A DNA stretch of 64,000 nt, from the NCBI GenBank assembly GCA_963749445.1, contig CAVVMJ010000003.1, positions 64,715 to 128,714 on the forward strand. The letters run 5' to 3'. This DNA is from an uncultured bacterium (lineage in GTDB: Bacteria; Patescibacteriota; Doudnabacteria; UBA920). The translations under genes and the position numbers were made by a program. Positions 55,018-64,000 of the stretch are shown one piece after another. Under the pieces are notes generated by a model. It worked only from the letters and a program-made list of their open reading frames with translations. It was not told the DNA's origin and searched no databases. Each line of letters begins with the position of its first letter. The stretch's first letter is position 1.

Positions 55018-55575
55018 TTATCTTTTCCCCAACATTTGTAGAGCCTGTTTTAATTGCTGCTGGCTCGGCAATGTAGCGTCAAGCCTCTTTAACGCCTCCC
55101 GCACCTCGCGACTGTTATAACCAAGCGCGATTAACGCCTCAAACACGTCGCCGCTGGCCACGCCGCCGGCCGATTCAAACGCGCCGACCTTGGATTTTAA
55201 TTCCACAATAATTTTTTCCGCGGTCTTAAGGCCGATGCCGGAAATCCTGGTAAACACGGCCGCGTCTTGGTTAGCTATGGCCTGTCTGACCGCATCCACC
55301 CGCGCGGCGGAAAGTATCGCCAAAGCCACTTTTGGTCCCACGCCGGAAACCGTAATCAGCAGTTCAAAAAACTGCAAAGCCGCAAAATCCAGCAGGCCGT
55401 ACAAAGCCTGCCCGTCATCGCTGACCTTCATATAGGTGTAAAGCGCGGCCGAATCGCCAACCTTGAATTCCAAAGTCTCCGGCGTCACAAACACTTTATA
55501 GCCAACCCCGTTATTTTCCAAAATAATGTAGGTCAGCCCCTTTTCCAAAATTGTGCCTTTTAAATACGCTATCAT
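55018..55575 (-). CDS. ruvA: Holliday junction branch migration protein RuvA
   Basis: MIAYLKG, GVGY, VSGVGPK, GIGLKTAEKI, ALIALGY. Confidence 0.95.
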   Translation of the reverse strand: MIAYLKGTILEKGLTYIILENNGVGYKVFVTPETLEFKVGDSAALYTYMKVSDDGQALYGLLDFAALQFFELLITVSGVGPKVALAILSAARVDAVRQAIANQDAAVFTRISGIGLKTAEKIIVELKSKVGAFESAGGVASGDVFEALIALGYNSREVREALKRLDATLPSQQQLKQALQMLGKR

Positions 55576-55682
55576 TTACTCGCCAAAATTTTGCCCAAAC
55601 CGGTTGGGCGAATTTAATTATCAAAATAAAGATTAACAACTTAACTTTTTCAGACTACCCACGCAAAATTTCGGTAGATAAA
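55575..55682. repeat. ~105-bp hairpin element family B copy 1
   Basis: TTTACTCGCCAAAATTTTGC...GCAAAATTTCGGTAGATAAA; related to 59169-59274. Confidence 0.65.
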
Positions 55683-55707
55683 CTCATTTTACCACTATAA
55701 AACCCCG

Positions 55708-55736
55708 TTGACAAAGGCAATTTTTAGGCATAGAAT
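55708..55736 (+). promoter_or_regulatory. Sigma70 promoter
   Basis: TTGACA-17nt-TAGAAT. Confidence 0.75.
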
Positions 55737-55742
55737 CCTATT

Positions 55743-56136
55743 ACTTTGGGTGAGTGCGGGCCGCTGGCAGGTCATAGTTGAGCAGCAGCTTGCCAGCGGC
55801 CTTGATCATACCGCCCTTACAGAAGGGTCTGGTGGCCACCCTGCGACCTCGGGGGTACAACCGAGCCCCGCCTGTGATGATGGTCTCCGAACCCCGGGAA
55901 TCGCCAACGCATCGCGGCAAATCGCAAGGCCCACCAGGGCATAATATTTTTCCCTCAGTTCTCGGGGACCGGATCTGAGGTTCGTGTCGGCGGGCTTCAG
56001 CGGATGGCGAAGCATCCAGACGGTCCCCGTCCAGCTTTCAGTAGGAGGAATTTTTACTTTTTTATTAGGAAGCAACTAATCAATGTCTGCTTCCCCCAGA
56101 CGCTGGTTACCCTGAGCAGCCCTGGGTCTTTTTTTT
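55743..56136 (+). ncRNA. Unassigned structured RNA candidate (~390 nt)
   Basis: Promoter, GC-rich long helices, terminal hairpin plus T8, no credible ORF. Confidence 0.6.
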
Positions 56137-56162
56137 GTTCTACGATGATGCTAAAATTATAC

Positions 56163-56250
56163 TGTCATTCCCGCGGAAGCGGGAATCTGTTTTCTGGATT
56201 CCGGATATTTTTGACTGATAATAATCTTTGGCAAAAATTCCGGAATGACA
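56163..56250. repeat. dRS3-like ATTCCC-N8-GGGAAT palindromic element
   Basis: TGTCATTCCCGCGGAAGCGGGAATC...TTCCGGAATGACA. Confidence 0.7.
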
Positions 56251-56359
56251 TAGCGCTATGAATGAATTCACCCTAAAATCCAAATTCAAACCCGCCCTCC
56301 TTCGCTAAAGCTACGGCGGGCCTAATTCCTTTTATAAAATTTTATTGATATTTATTATC

Positions 56360-58450
56360 ATGGGAAAATTTAAACTAAAATCTAAATTCGCTCCGGCCGG
56401 CGACCAGCCGCAGGCGATTGACGGACTGATGAAATCCATTACCGCAGGCCGCCGCTACCAAACCCTTTTGGGCGTAACGGGCAGCGGCAAGACTTTTACC
56501 ATGGCCAACATTATAGAAAAAATCCAAAAACCCACGCTCGTCATTAGCCACAACAAAACTTTAGCCGCGCAATTAGCCGCCGAGTTCCAAGGATATTTTC
56601 CGGACAACGCGGTGCACTATTTTGTTTCCTACTACGATTACTACCAGCCCGAAGCCTACATTCCGCGGACCGACACTTACATAGAAAAGGACACGCAAAT
56701 CAACGAAGAAATCGACCGTTTGCGCAACGCCGCCACCCAATCCTTGCTGTCGCGGCAGGACGTGTTGATAGTGGCCAGTGTTTCCTGCATTTACGGCTTG
56801 GGCAATCCGGCCAATTATTTGGAACTGTCGCTAAAAATCAAGCAGGGCGAAAGCCTAAAACGGGACAAACTGCTGCGGCGGCTGACGGATTTGCAATATC
56901 ACAGAAACGACATAGATTTGCAGCGCGGCACTTTCCGCGCTCGCGGCGACGTGCTGGAAATTATCCTCTCTTCCGAAGACACCATAATCCGCATGGATTT
57001 TTTTGGCGATATTTTGGAAAAGATTGAACGCCTGGACGCGGTCTCCGGGCACAAAATCGAAGATTTGGACGAGTTTACCATTTTCCCGGCCAAGCACTTT
57101 GTCACGCCCGAGGACAAAATTAAGGAAGCCGCGGAAAATATCCGACTGGAGCTGACCGGCCGGCTTGCCGAACTTAAATCGCAGGGAAAAATTTTGGAAG
57201 CGGCGCGGCTTTTGCAGCGCACCAATTTTGATTTGGAAATGCTCACCAACACCGGTTTTGTGGCCGGCATAGAAAACTACTCCCGCCATATGGAAGGCCG
57301 CGAAGCCGGCAGTCCGCCTTCCACGTTAATAGATTATTTTCCGGATGATTTTTTGCTGTTTATTGATGAATCCCACCAGAGCGTACCGCAAATCGGCGCC
57401 ATGTACGAAGGCGACCGCTCGCGCAAAACCACGCTGGTGGATTACGGTTTCCGCCTGCCTTCCGCTTTGGACAACCGGCCGCTGAAGTTTGAGGAATTTG
57501 AAAAAAAGATCCATCAGGTAGTGTTTGTGTCCGCCACTCCCGCGGAATTTGAAATAGAAAGATCGCTGACCCAAAAAGACACCAAATTTACAACCAAATC
57601 CCGGCGCACCGAAGTCGAGCAAAGCATAATTGACGCCAGACCAAAATTAAAACAAATGGGCCCGCCTTCCATCGTAGAACAAATCATCCGCCCTACCGGC
57701 CTTATTGACCCCACGATTGAGATTAAGCCCATAAAAAACCAAGTGGATGATTTAATTGAGCGCATCAAAGAGCGCATGGAAAATCACCAAAGAGTTTTGG
57801 TGGCAACCCTGACCAAGCGCATGGCCGAAGAGCTGACCGAATATTTAAAGGAAGACGGGATTAAAGTGCAGTACGTGCACAGCGATGTGGACACGTTTGA
57901 ACGTTTGGAAATTTTGCGCGATTTACGTTTGGGAATTTATGACGTTTTGGTCGGAATAAATTTGCTTCGCGAGGGTTTGGACTTGCCCGAAGTCTCTCTT
58001 GTGACAATTCTTGACGCGGATAAAGAAGGTTTTTTGCGCTCTGAAACCTTCTTTATGCAAATGATGGGCCGCGCCGCGCGCCACCAGGAAGGCCACGTGG
58101 TTATGTACGCGGACAAAATCACCGGCTCAATGCAGCGCGCCATTGACGAAACCACCCGCCGCCGCAAACTGCAGGAAGCCTACAACAAAAAACACGGCAT
58201 CACGCCGCAAAGCATCCAAAAAGCCATCGGCGATTCCCGCATGGCCGGCAGCAAGGTAGAAATTGAGCTGGCTGATGATGAAGCCAAACGCCGCGACCCC
58301 GGCAAAATGGATAAACAGGAATTAAAATTTTATCTGGACGAACTGGGAGAACAAATGGACTTAGCCGCCAAGAACCTCGAGTTTGAGCTCGCCGCCCGCC
58401 TGCGCGATAGAATATCAGGAATTAAAAAAGTTAAAAAATTAAAAAAGTAG
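56360..58450 (+). CDS. uvrB: Excinuclease ABC subunit B
   Basis: [51 protein letters not shown]. Confidence 0.96.
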   Translation: MGKFKLKSKFAPAGDQPQAIDGLMKSITAGRRYQTLLGVTGSGKTFTMANIIEKIQKPTLVISHNKTLAAQLAAEFQGYFPDNAVHYFVSYYDYYQPEAYIPRTDTYIEKDTQINEEIDRLRNAATQSLLSRQDVLIVASVSCIYGLGNPANYLELSLKIKQGESLKRDKLLRRLTDLQYHRNDIDLQRGTFRARGDVLEIILSSEDTIIRMDFFGDILEKIERLDAVSGHKIEDLDEFTIFPAKHFVTPEDKIKEAAENIRLELTGRLAELKSQGKILEAARLLQRTNFDLEMLTNTGFVAGIENYSRHMEGREAGSPPSTLIDYFPDDFLLFIDESHQSVPQIGAMYEGDRSRKTTLVDYGFRLPSALDNRPLKFEEFEKKIHQVVFVSATPAEFEIERSLTQKDTKFTTKSRRTEVEQSIIDARPKLKQMGPPSIVEQIIRPTGLIDPTIEIKPIKNQVDDLIERIKERMENHQRVLVATLTKRMAEELTEYLKEDGIKVQYVHSDVDTFERLEILRDLRLGIYDVLVGINLLREGLDLPEVSLVTILDADKEGFLRSETFFMQMMGRAARHQEGHVVMYADKITGSMQRAIDETTRRRKLQEAYNKKHGITPQSIQKAIGDSRMAGSKVEIELADDEAKRRDPGKMDKQELKFYLDELGEQMDLAAKNLEFELAARLRDRISGIKKVKKLKK

Positions 58451-58613
58451 CATCTTGCTTTTTTTATCCAATTTTGCTAAACTCCCTATACGTACAAAAA
58501 ACTTTACACTTTTAACTTTAAACTTTTCATCAACCGATAATAACCTCTCTGTCCCGCCAAAGACGGGACATCTCCCCATTAAATGGGGAGAGTAAGACAC
58601 CTAAGTTCACACT

Positions 58614-58877
58614 ATGCCAAATACGAAATCGGCCGCAAAGGCCATGAGACAGAGTTTGCGCCGCAAAGTCCATAACATCAAGGTCAAAAACAGCTTTAAG
58701 GCCGCGGTCAAGGAAGTCAAAAAACTCATAGCCGTCGGCAAAAAAAGCGACGCCGTAGAAGCCATGAAAAAGGCCATGTCCGCGCTGGACAAAGCCGCCA
58801 AAAAGCACGTCATCAAAAAAGGCGCGGCTTCCCGCAAAAAGAGCCGCTTGGCCAAAGCCTTGGCGAAACTTAAATAA
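58614..58877 (+). CDS. rpsT: 30S ribosomal protein S20
   Basis: MPNTKSAAK..RQ, LDKAAKK.VI...ASRKKSRL. Confidence 0.95.
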   Translation: MPNTKSAAKAMRQSLRRKVHNIKVKNSFKAAVKEVKKLIAVGKKSDAVEAMKKAMSALDKAAKKHVIKKGAASRKKSRLAKALAKLK

Positions 58878-58878
58878 C

Positions 58879-58905
58879 AAAAGCCCTCCGTTTGGAGGGC
58901 TTTTT
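58879..58905. terminator. Bidirectional terminator
   Basis: AAAAGCCCTCC-GTTT-GGAGGGCTTTTT. Confidence 0.8.
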
Positions 58906-58922
58906 ATTTACCGGCTGGTGAC

Positions 58923-59153
58923 TTAAGCTTGGACCTTATCCTGAACTTCAGCCATTACCTTAAGAAATTCCTGCATATCGTTCTGGAATACGGTTATGGT
59001 TCCGCGATGGCCTTGTCCGTCCTTTATCCAACTTTGACTTATATTTAGGTACTTGTTGCCGTTCTTGGCGGCTTTGACGTCAAAGAAATAGGTCTGCCCC
59101 TTAGTTTTAAGGTTTTGCGAATATATCGCCGGCGTATGTAATTCTTGTGGCAT
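58923..59153 (-). CDS. PUR/DUF3276 family nucleic-acid-binding protein
   Basis: TYFFDVK...G.KYL.IS.S. Confidence 0.8.
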   Translation of the reverse strand: MPQELHTPAIYSQNLKTKGQTYFFDVKAAKNGNKYLNISQSWIKDGQGHRGTITVFQNDMQEFLKVMAEVQDKVQA

Positions 59154-59168
59154 ATATTACTAAGTTGA

Positions 59169-59274
59169 TTTACCCGCCAAAACTTTGCCGTGGAGGTTTA
59201 AAAAACCTGACTAATTAGGATTATTCAAATTTTTAAACCACTCCAATACATTGAGCAAAGTTTAGGTGGGTTAA
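59169..59274. repeat. ~105-bp hairpin element family B copy 2
   Basis: TTTACCCGCCAAAACTTTGC...GCAAAGTTTAGGTGGGTTAA. Confidence 0.65.
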
Positions 59275-59329
59275 TTGATTACGACCTTTGATTAATAACT
59301 CCCGCAGCTGTCGGAAGTAATTATAAAAA

Positions 59330-60349
59330 TCATCTGCGATTAATCAGATTCACTATTAGTTTGACCATTACATCCTTTTGCGTGGGCTTGCTTTCCGCGA
59401 TCAAAAGCGCCAAGGCCACCAAAGCCGTGTCGTTGACCTTGCGCTCGCCTCTTTTGTTGTTGAGATGATTGTTTTCTATCAAAAACAGCAAAAACAGCAA
59501 ACAGCCGATGCGCTTGTTGCCGTCCACGAACGGGTGATCCTTAATGGCAAAGTACAACAGGTGCGCGGCCTTTTCTTCCACGGACGGATAAAGTTCTTTG
59601 CCCGCATAGGTTTGGTAAATTGACCCCAATACCGCCTCCAGTTTGCCACCAACTTCCTGACCGAATAAATCAGACGCCTGCTTTTTGGCCATTAAACGAT
59701 TTTTAAAACGCTCAATGGACTTTTGGATTTCCGGATGACTCAACGGCCGCGAAACTTTTTTGCTGACATTCTCTATCTTAAGTTTATCTTCATCGTACTC
59801 GTGCAAGACCGTCCAAGTATTGGCATAATCCACGATAATATTCAACAAATCCTTTTCATAACCTTCTGTCCGGTCTGCCTCAATAACATTCTGAAATAGC
59901 TTAACCGTTTGCTGTAATTCTTTCAGCTGGCTGTTGTGTTCCTGCTTTAACTGATCCAATCGGTTTTTGTTAACCGCATAACCTTGCAGCAAATAATCAC
60001 GCAGCCTTTGTGTGGCCCAAATGCGGAATTGGGTGCCACGTTTGGAATTTACACGATAGCCGACAGATATAATCATATCCAAACTATAGAAAGTTATATT
60101 TCTTTCTACCTGTTTTTTCCCTTCAAATTGAACTGCCCGGAAATTCCGGGTAGTTTGATTTTGGCTTAATTCAGCCTCTTTATAGACATTCTGAATATGC
60201 TCAGAGATAGTATCCCTATCTTTTTGGAACAAATCCGCCATTTGAGTCTGATTCAACCAAACTGTTTCGCTTTCCAGTTTTACCCGGATTTCCGGTCCTT
60301 CCGGAGCTTTGTAAATGATAATCTCACCTTTTTTTGTTTCTTCTGGCAT
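59330..60349 (-). CDS. RhuM-Fic/Doc fusion protein
   Basis: ETVWLNQ.QMA.LF, ISVGYRVNS.RGTQFRIWA; HPFVDGNKRIG; AAGGAG RBS before MPEETK. Confidence 0.88.
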   Translation of the reverse strand: MPEETKKGEIIIYKAPEGPEIRVKLESETVWLNQTQMADLFQKDRDTISEHIQNVYKEAELSQNQTTRNFRAVQFEGKKQVERNITFYSLDMIISVGYRVNSKRGTQFRIWATQRLRDYLLQGYAVNKNRLDQLKQEHNSQLKELQQTVKLFQNVIEADRTEGYEKDLLNIIVDYANTWTVLHEYDEDKLKIENVSKKVSRPLSHPEIQKSIERFKNRLMAKKQASDLFGQEVGGKLEAVLGSIYQTYAGKELYPSVEEKAAHLLYFAIKDHPFVDGNKRIGCLLFLLFLIENNHLNNKRGERKVNDTALVALALLIAESKPTQKDVMVKLIVNLINRR

Positions 60350-60499
60350 AAAACTCCTTTTGTTTAAGCCAATTCTGGAATTTCCCATATGGCTTATTTT
60401 TAGCAGACTCAAGTTATTCGGAAATTCCGAATAACTCAGCATGTGCATTTTTTGCACTAACTTAAATCTTAAATCCTTAATCTTATATCTATCACCTAT

Positions 60500-60576
60500 A
60501 TAGTATACAATCGTTCACCTTACGTCAAGGCCCTTAAAAATAAAGATAAATTAAATTCTTACCTTAGTTATCCACA
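60500..60576 (-). promoter_or_regulatory. Promoter with shared spacer motif and upstream DnaA box
   Basis: TTGACG-17-TACTAT; TTATCCACA at 60568-76. Confidence 0.6.
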
Positions 60577-60623
60577 CTGCTTCGTCCCGATAAATCAGGA
60601 CTTCGCAGTGCAAGCACACACGC

Positions 60624-61355
60624 TCAAACCTCAAAGCTTTTAAGCTTTTCTCTTATATCCGCAATCGCCGTTTCCGTAATGTCTTCTGGTTTGATATTGC
60701 AATGTTCAAATATTTGCCGCTCAATTTTTCTCAAAGCTTCCTCAAACACTTTTCTCTCTTCTTCCTGAGCGCCTTCCTTATGGTCCCGATAACGCGCTTT
60801 AAAATCCTCCATTCTCCGGGACATGCTGCATACGCCATGCGGCATAACGCGCATATCGCAATACGCACAAATCTTTTTGCCAAAATCGCCGCTCTCAGCA
60901 TTATCAACGCCCTGTTCAAACCCCACGCAATCTACCAACTCAAAAATTCTGGGGCTGACCCCAATTTCTTTTATTATTTTTACCGTGGCGTTATGGCTGT
61001 TGGCTCCGTATTTGCCGATAAATTCCTGTTTTACCTTTTCCCAATGCGCCATCGACCCGTCTTTAAAATCATCGGGAAATAATTTTTCCGTTACCCGCAA
61101 ATCAAACTTCACTATGTTCCCCATATCATGCAGCAAACACGCCGCCACGATATTTTCTCGGTCAATATCCAAATTAGTTTCCGCGACAGTCCGCGCATCG
61201 CCCGCCGTAGCCTTTGGCGAAGGCTGGGTTAAATTCTGTGACAGTCCGCGTTCCCAATGCTCACAAATGAACTCCGCCACCGCCGCCACCCTTAACTGGT
61301 GTTCCCCAAGCCGCGGCATAATTTGGTATTTCTTGTAAATGTCTAGAATGCTCAT
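60624..61355 (-). CDS. HD domain protein
   Basis: EHQLRVA, LLHDMG, YCDMRV. Confidence 0.85.
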   Translation of the reverse strand: MSILDIYKKYQIMPRLGEHQLRVAAVAEFICEHWERGLSQNLTQPSPKATAGDARTVAETNLDIDRENIVAACLLHDMGNIVKFDLRVTEKLFPDDFKDGSMAHWEKVKQEFIGKYGANSHNATVKIIKEIGVSPRIFELVDCVGFEQGVDNAESGDFGKKICAYCDMRVMPHGVCSMSRRMEDFKARYRDHKEGAQEEERKVFEEALRKIERQIFEHCNIKPEDITETAIADIREKLKSFEV

Positions 61356-61356
61356 G

Positions 61357-62229
61357 TTAACTTAATTTAATTGCCGCCCAAATAATCAGCGCAATACCGG
61401 CAAACCGGGCCGCGTAAACTTTTGCCGTATGCTTTTCTAAAAGCTTGGGATAAATCAAAGCCAAAATAAAAGCAAATACCGCCGATAACGGCAGGGCAAT
61501 AATGCTGGAAGAAATACTCACGTTAGTCTGATACGCCTTGTTGCCCGCCAGCGTGCCTAAAAAATCCAGCACACCAATTAAAAATATCATCCAGCCCTGT
61601 TTGCTTGTAATAACTTTTACTTCCCGCGCGAATCTCGGCAAGGTCAGGCAGAATAAAATTTGTGCGATTACGGGCATCCATAAAGTCACTGTCCAATAAC
61701 CGTTTTGCCCGATGGCTTTTTTTATAAAAACCGCATCAAGGCTAAAACCCAGCCACATCGCCAGCAAAATCAAAAACGATTTCCAGTCTTGCATGGACCG
61801 CCACGATATTCTTTCGTCCGCAGTAACCAAAAAACCGCCAACAAACATTGAACCGATAAAAACAAACTGCAGGGCGCTTAATTTTTCCGCCAGCAACAGT
61901 GCGCTTAAAATAACAGTAAAAACAATACGGATGTTGAACAGCGGGCTTAAGCTTGTCACGTCAAACCGATAGAGGGCAAAAATGTAACAAATATTGGCTA
62001 TGGCCCAAAAAATGCCGGCCCAAATTACATTGCCCCAATGTAAAGGCAGTCCGGCATGGAAGTAAAGCGCCAGCGGTATGGTAAAAACCATAACCAAACC
62101 AGAATAACCAAAATTCAAAAGCCAGGGATTTTTTATTTCATGCTTGCTTAACAATTTTGTGCCTACTACCTCTACGGCGTAAACTATTGAGGCAAACCAG
62201 GCGAAAATTTGGAATGGCAGGTTTAACAT
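61357..62229 (-). CDS. EamA/DMT family transporter
   Basis: 10 TM, SPL...LLAEK. Confidence 0.8.
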   Translation of the reverse strand: MLNLPFQIFAWFASIVYAVEVVGTKLLSKHEIKNPWLLNFGYSGLVMVFTIPLALYFHAGLPLHWGNVIWAGIFWAIANICYIFALYRFDVTSLSPLFNIRIVFTVILSALLLAEKLSALQFVFIGSMFVGGFLVTADERISWRSMQDWKSFLILLAMWLGFSLDAVFIKKAIGQNGYWTVTLWMPVIAQILFCLTLPRFAREVKVITSKQGWMIFLIGVLDFLGTLAGNKAYQTNVSISSSIIALPLSAVFAFILALIYPKLLEKHTAKVYAARFAGIALIIWAAIKLS

Positions 62230-62284
62230 GGATGAATTATAACAAAAAAACCAGCCCTGCCCAATGGCAGCGGCCGATTTGAAG

Positions 62285-62383
62285 TTGATGGGCGTCTTCG
62301 TGGTCCCACAAAATTCAATTGATGATTATCGGCTGGCGATAAATAATGGTCGTGGAATGAATTGGCATGAAGACGCCCATCAA
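62285..62383. repeat. MITE-like element family A copy 3 (inverted orientation)
   Basis: TTGATGGGCGTCTTCG...TGAAGACGCCCATCAA with a compensatory change. Confidence 0.85.
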
Positions 62384-62388
62384 GCCAG

Positions 62389-62784
62389 TTACCCAATCGC
62401 CTGCTTGATTTTGGCAGCCCAGGTTTTGAGCTCATTAAGGTTGGCCAGTTTGGCGCGGTGCGGATCAAGCTCGCCGCCGGCGTTAACAGGTACCAGATGC
62501 ACGTGCGCGTGGTTTACGCCAAAACCTTCCACGGCCAAACCCACGCGCTTGGCCACCGTAATGTCACGCAACGGCCCGGCGATTTTTTTAACAATCTCAA
62601 ACAGCTTCCGGTATGTCTCGTGCGGCAAATCAAACACATATGCATAATGTTTCTTGGGAATAATCACCACATGGCCGGGGTTTATCGGCCTAATATCCAT
62701 AAACGCCAAAAATTCCGCGTCCTCGTAAACCGGATAATTCAGCGGCTGGCCTTCCACAATTTGACAAAATACGCATTGGTTCAT
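62389..62784 (-). CDS. HIT family protein
   Basis: CVFC, PGH, HAHVHLVP. Confidence 0.92.
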   Translation of the reverse strand: MNQCVFCQIVEGQPLNYPVYEDAEFLAFMDIRPINPGHVVIIPKKHYAYVFDLPHETYRKLFEIVKKIAGPLRDITVAKRVGLAVEGFGVNHAHVHLVPVNAGGELDPHRAKLANLNELKTWAAKIKQAIG

Positions 62785-62886
62785 ATGTTTTCATTTATCA
62801 ATATTACTCCTTAAGTATAGCAGATTTTTCTCTGCTTCCAAATTCTTTCACCGGGGTTTTTTAATCTTGTCAATCTTTTAAATCAT

Positions 62887-64000
62887 TTAAATCTTGCTCA
62901 ATGGGCTCATCTCTCCCCAATTGTCCCCGACTTTGGCTTCCACGCTCACGGGTACGGAAAGTTTGATGGCATTTTCCATCATAGGTATGAGCTTTTTTAC
63001 CCATTCCCCAACTTTATTTTCCTTTACTTCAAATACCAACTCGTCATGTACTTGCAGTAACATTCGAATTTCCGAATTCTGATTTTCCGATTTATCCGAT
63101 TTTCCGATCATCCGATGGATATTAATCATCGCCACTTTAATCACATCCGCAGCCAGCGATTGAATAGGAAAATTCACGGCCGCGCGTTCGGCCGCGGCGC
63201 GGACAAAAAACTGGCTAGACCTGATTTCCGGAAACTTGCGCATCCGACCCAGCTCGTTGCGCACAAAACCTTCCTCGTTGACCTGTAGTTTGATTTGTTC
63301 TATATATTCTTCCACTTTCGGGTAGGCGGCAAAATATTTTTGGCAATAAATTCCTTGGCCTCGGCGCGGCGAGACTTCCCCAATCCTCGATGATAATCCA
63401 AAACGACGACAGCCCGTACAAAATCCCAAAATTTATGGTCTTGGCGTCGCGCCGCATATCGGGCGTAACTTCATTTGCCTTTACCCCAAAAATGCTGACC
63501 GCGGTGTTGGTATGAATGTCCTCTTCGTTTTTAAACACCGCAATCATTTTTTCATCCCGCGCCAAATGCGCCACAATGCGCAGTTCAATTTGCCTATAAT
63601 CAATCGATAAAAGTTTAAAACCTTTTTCAGCCACAAAAGCCTGGCGGATTTTACTGCCCAAGCCCTGCCCGCGCACAGGAATATTTTGCAAGTTTGGATC
63701 GGTGGAACTAAGCCTTCCGGTAGCCGCAATGGTTTGGTTGTAGCTGGTGTGGATCCGACCGGTTTTTTTATTCACCAGCAGCGGCAAAGCCAACAAATAA
63801 GTTGATTGCAGTTTGGCCAGTTCGCGGTATTCCAAAATCTTGTCTATTGCCGGATGTTGGCCTTTCATTTTTTCCAGTTCTCCTGCCGCAGTAGAAAGTC
63901 CGGTTTTGGTTTTGCGGTTGTTTATGGCTTCCAATTTTAGCTTATCAAACAAAACTTCCTTCATCTGCTTGGGAGAATTTATGTTAAATTCCTGCCCGGT
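62887..64000 (-). CDS. polA: DNA polymerase I, C-terminal part (frameshifts near 63335-63400; 5' end off window)
   Basis: TGRLSSTDPNLQNIP, DY.QIELR, KTINFGILYG, LLQVHDELVFE. Confidence 0.93.

Noticed and set aside
55743-56136. RNase P, tmRNA or SRP assignment
   Set aside because: Conserved P4 strands, tRNA-like acceptor/T arm and GNRA-capped helix 8 were not found; left unassigned.
62887-63964. polA fragmentation
   Set aside because: Clustered 1-nt insertions in an otherwise conserved region, consistent with low consensus quality.

Overview
The window looks like Patescibacteria (CPR) chromosome. This is an inference from the compact RpoB/RpoC, short ValS and TsaB, stand-alone riboflavin kinase, CPR-type surface proteins and many ORFans. 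Housekeeping genes include gdhA, trxB, htrA, tRNA-Glu, tsaD, serA, nnrD, valS, mscL, rpoB/rpoC, tsaB, a Mur ligase, femAB-like, ruvA, uvrB, rpsT and polA (partial). Several essential genes carry 1-nt indels, most likely assembly errors. Top observations: (1) a complete-looking serine-sensing ribosome attenuator in front of serA, made of a leaderless 24-aa peptide with Ser-Ser-Ser-Ser, a 13-bp antiterminator and a terminator; (2) an AT-rich island with a LexA::N4-cytosine methyltransferase fusion convergent on an MvaI/BcnI endonuclease preceded by an unlisted AbrB-type regulator, plus two protease-like genes, one split by an IS1595/IS1016-type element; (3) two 86-aa ArsR genes, each bracketed by its own direct-repeat copy of an ATTCGCGCGAAT palindrome, plus empty sites; (4) a ~390-nt structured transcript with its own promoter and terminator between ruvA and uvrB; (5) a T-box riboswitch separated from valS by two genes; (6) several families of palindromic, MITE-like and 7-9-nt microrepeats, many inserted in frame in core proteins. 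All calls were made by eye from motifs; no database searches were run.
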